The translations under genes were made by a program, and so were the position numbers. DNA of 63,539 bases, the filler included, from Octopus bimaculoides (lineage: Eukaryota): assembly GCF_001194135.2 (NCBI RefSeq). It is 6 parts of 6 records of this genome, joined end to end, with 100 filler letters (N's around TTAATTAATTAA, not from the genome) between each part and the next. Parts side by side here need not be neighbours in the genome. Positions count along the whole stretch, not along the records: positions 60,645 to 63,539 come from NW_026320937.1; 5 more parts are not named here. One strand, 5' to 3'. The notes beneath the pieces are model-generated. The model made no database searches and was not told the origin of the DNA. It saw nothing but the letters and a program-made list of their open reading frames with translations. Positions 61,712-63,539 of the stretch are shown here, in pieces; positions within the stretch are counted from its first letter, which is position 1, and every line of letters starts with the position of its first letter.

Positions 61712-63325
61712 NNNNNNNNNNNNNNNNNNNNNNNNNNNNNNNNNNNNNNNNNNNNNNNNNNNNNNNNNNNNNNNNNNNNNNNNNNNNNNNNNNNNNNNNN
61801 NNNNNNNNNNNNNNNNNNNNNNNNNNNNNNNNNNNNNNNNNNNNNNNNNNNNNNNNNNNNNNNNNNNNNNNNNNNNNNNNNNNNNNNNNNNNNNNNNNNN
61901 NNNNNNNNNNNNNNNNNNNNNNNNNNNNNNNNNNNNNNNNNNNNNNNNNNNNNNNNNNNNNNNNNNNNNNNNNNNNNNNNNNNNNNNNNNNNNNNNNNNN
62001 NNNNNNNNNNNNNNNNNNNNNNNNNNNNNNNNNNNNNNNNNNNNNNNNNNNNNNNNNNNNNNNNNNNNNNNNNNNNNNNNNNNNNNNNNNNNNNNNNNNN
62101 NNNNNNNNNNNNNNNNNNNNNNNNNNNNNNNNNNNNNNNNNNNNNNNNNNNNNNNNNNNNNNNNNNNNNNNNNNNNNNNNNNNNNNNNNNNNNNNNNNNN
62201 NNNNNNNNNNNNNNNNNNNNNNNNNNNNNNNNNNNNNNNNNNNNNNNNNNNNNNNNNNNNNNNNNNNNNNNNNNNNNNNNNNNNNNNNNNNNNNNNNNNN
62301 NNNNNNNNNNNNNNNNNNNNNNNNNNNNNNNNNNNNNNNNNNNNNNNNNNNNNNNNNNNNNNNNNNNNNNNNNNNNNNNNNNNNNNNNNNNNNNNNNNNN
62401 NNNNTATATATATATATACAATAAATATGTATAATATATATATATATATAATATATATATACAATATATATATATATATAGGTGTGTATTTATGTTTGAA
62501 ATGAAAATATATATATATATAATTTTAAAAAATAACGTTGACCACTAACGTGGACAATTAATGTGCTAGAAATAGATCACATTATATATATATATATATT
62601 ATAGATTAACTACCAACAAAAATAATTGGTAATCTAACTCAAAAAATCATCACCAAAATAGCAGAAAAAAACGACTGTGAAGGTATGTAGACTCCTCAAG
62701 AATCGATCCTTTTGGTTATATTAATAATAAGAAAGGAGTTACGACGCAAAACCACATACATTAAGTGAACATATTTATATTTAATATATATTTCTGTACA
62801 AAGAAAAGATTCATTAAGAGACTTAATAAATCAAAATTCTTTTACACAACTTCAGGAAAAAACAAATATAACACCAGAAAAAACACAATCGGGTTAAAAA
62901 TACAATCCGTTCATGGCGAAAATCTCACAATTAGAAAAAAACTGAAAAATTTTCAAAAAGAACGCTACTTATCATAAAAAATTATTAAAATATATGTATA
63001 CCCACATAAGTATATACATATACATACATACAAATACATACACATACATAAATACACACCTATATACTTATAAACACAGATACATATATAAACACACATG
63101 CATCATACATATTTTAACATACATAACTAAACAAACTACGTCCAAGGGAAGTAACTCTATCTAACTTAGTTCTCTAGCCACAAACATATATATAAATATA
63201 TGCAAAAACAAATACATACACACACACACACATACCCCCCCCCACACACACACACATACATATATATACATAAAAATTGCAAAAAATATTATAAAAATAT
63301 ATATACACACACACATACAAAACAC

Positions 63326-63361
<36 letters not shown>

Positions 63362-63539
63362 CACACATATATATACATATATATATATATATACATATAC
63401 ATACATACACACATACATACCCATACACATATATACACACATTTTTACGCATACCCATGCACATGTATATGTACAGATGTACGTATATGTAAATTGTTAT
63501 GTTTCCCTCGGGTGACTCGTAGAGATAACATAACGAGTT

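Overview
AT-rich eukaryotic genomic scaffold with many N-gaps and very dense microsatellites. The repeat families and microsatellite load suggest a coleoid cephalopod, probably Octopus (inference). I can support no host protein-coding exon, tRNA/rRNA gene or CRISPR array; most listed ORFs are microsatellite or gap artefacts. The window is a transposable-element graveyard: several tRNA-headed SINE families (some CORE-type), CR1-like, R4/Dong-like and RTE-like LINE fragments, a Tigger/pogo remnant, two TIR elements, a Helitron-type end, and at least three recognisable Penelope-like element (PLE) remnants. The strongest signal absent from the ORF track is about ten minimal type I hammerhead-ribozyme (HHR) motifs with family-specific palindromic stem III. 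One family sits inside a Pol III-type SINE (tRNA head, (TAA)n, HHR, 3' segment; copies at about 1-362, 46262-46445 and 56905-57195). One copy shows an inverted tail-to-head junction, so this looks like a Penelope-dependent, ribozyme-carrying SINE. All translations, alignments and folds were done by eye.
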